A stretch of 64,000 nt of DNA from IMG/VR virus record IMGVR_UViG_3300010051_000510; one strand, 5' to 3'. How positions within the stretch are numbered: position 1 is the first letter of the stretch; each line of letters starts with the position of its first letter. This document shows positions 63,737 through 64,000 of the stretch, in pieces. Position numbers and translations under genes: made by a program. Under the pieces are notes generated by a model. It searched no databases and was not told the origin of the DNA. It saw nothing but the letters and a program-made list of their open reading frames with translations. Source of the stretch: an uncultured virus (IMG/VR IMGVR_UViG_3300010051_000510) (Duplodnaviria; Heunggongvirae; Uroviricota; Caudoviricetes).

Positions 63737-64000
63737 ATGAACTCGATCACCGCCGCCCCGCGCATCTGCGATCACCGCACCGACCCGCGCGTCGCCCGCA
63801 AGCTCGGCCGTGTCATGGAGCAGCTCGCCGCCCGCGGCCTGAACTGGATCCCCGCCGAGCAGGCCGCCACGGTCGTCGAGGTCTCCGAGGCGCTCCCCCG
63901 CGCTCTGGACGCCCGGGGTATGGGCATCATCGAGAACCCGCGTCTGGCTTCCCCGTTCGTGCCCGGCCGCGAGCCGGTGGCGCAGGAGATCCTCGCCGCC
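63737..64000 (+). CDS. hypothetical protein, runs off the window
   Basis: CGGATAACGTG 6 nt before ATG; open to the end. Confidence 0.7.
   Translation, partial: MNSITAAPRICDHRTDPRVARKLGRVMEQLAARGLNWIPAEQAATVVEVSEALPRALDARGMGIIENPRLASPFVPGREPVAQEILAA

Overview
Very GC-rich (roughly 70% by eye), gene-dense accessory DNA, most likely part of a giant actinobacterial (Thermoleophilia-like) phage or megaplasmid. It holds well over 100 short, mostly + strand genes. I could not recognise capsid, replication or housekeeping operons. Recognisable cargo: an EF-G paralog with a leader peptide; an RNA/tRNA repair set (Thg1-like polymerase, DRB0094-family RNA ligase, cyclic-phosphate receiver, two RNA-repair HADs, a Tpt1/ART-like protein); a MESH1-like HD hydrolase; a NUDIX; an S8 protease; metallopeptidases; a methyltransferase; a cupin; an HNH; a nucleotidyltransferase; and an HTH-LAGLIDADG-like gene beside tRNA-Glu(TTC). 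The most unusual observations are: (1) a tRNA-shaped RNA with a non-canonical anticodon loop and a 62-nt structured insertion (loop E/sarcin-ricin-type motif) splitting its T-stem; (2) about 19 dispersed, divergent paralogs of one unnamed two-module protein family; (3) about 50 copies of a GGATAANGTG-type -10 motif, usually 6 nt before a start codon, which makes most genes stand-alone leaderless cassettes, several starting through tiny stop/start-coupled mini-ORFs; (4) a TTA-containing leader peptide with an SD-switch hairpin upstream of two basic paralogs; and (5) several AT-rich palindrome clusters. All family assignments come from motif recognition by eye, not database searches.
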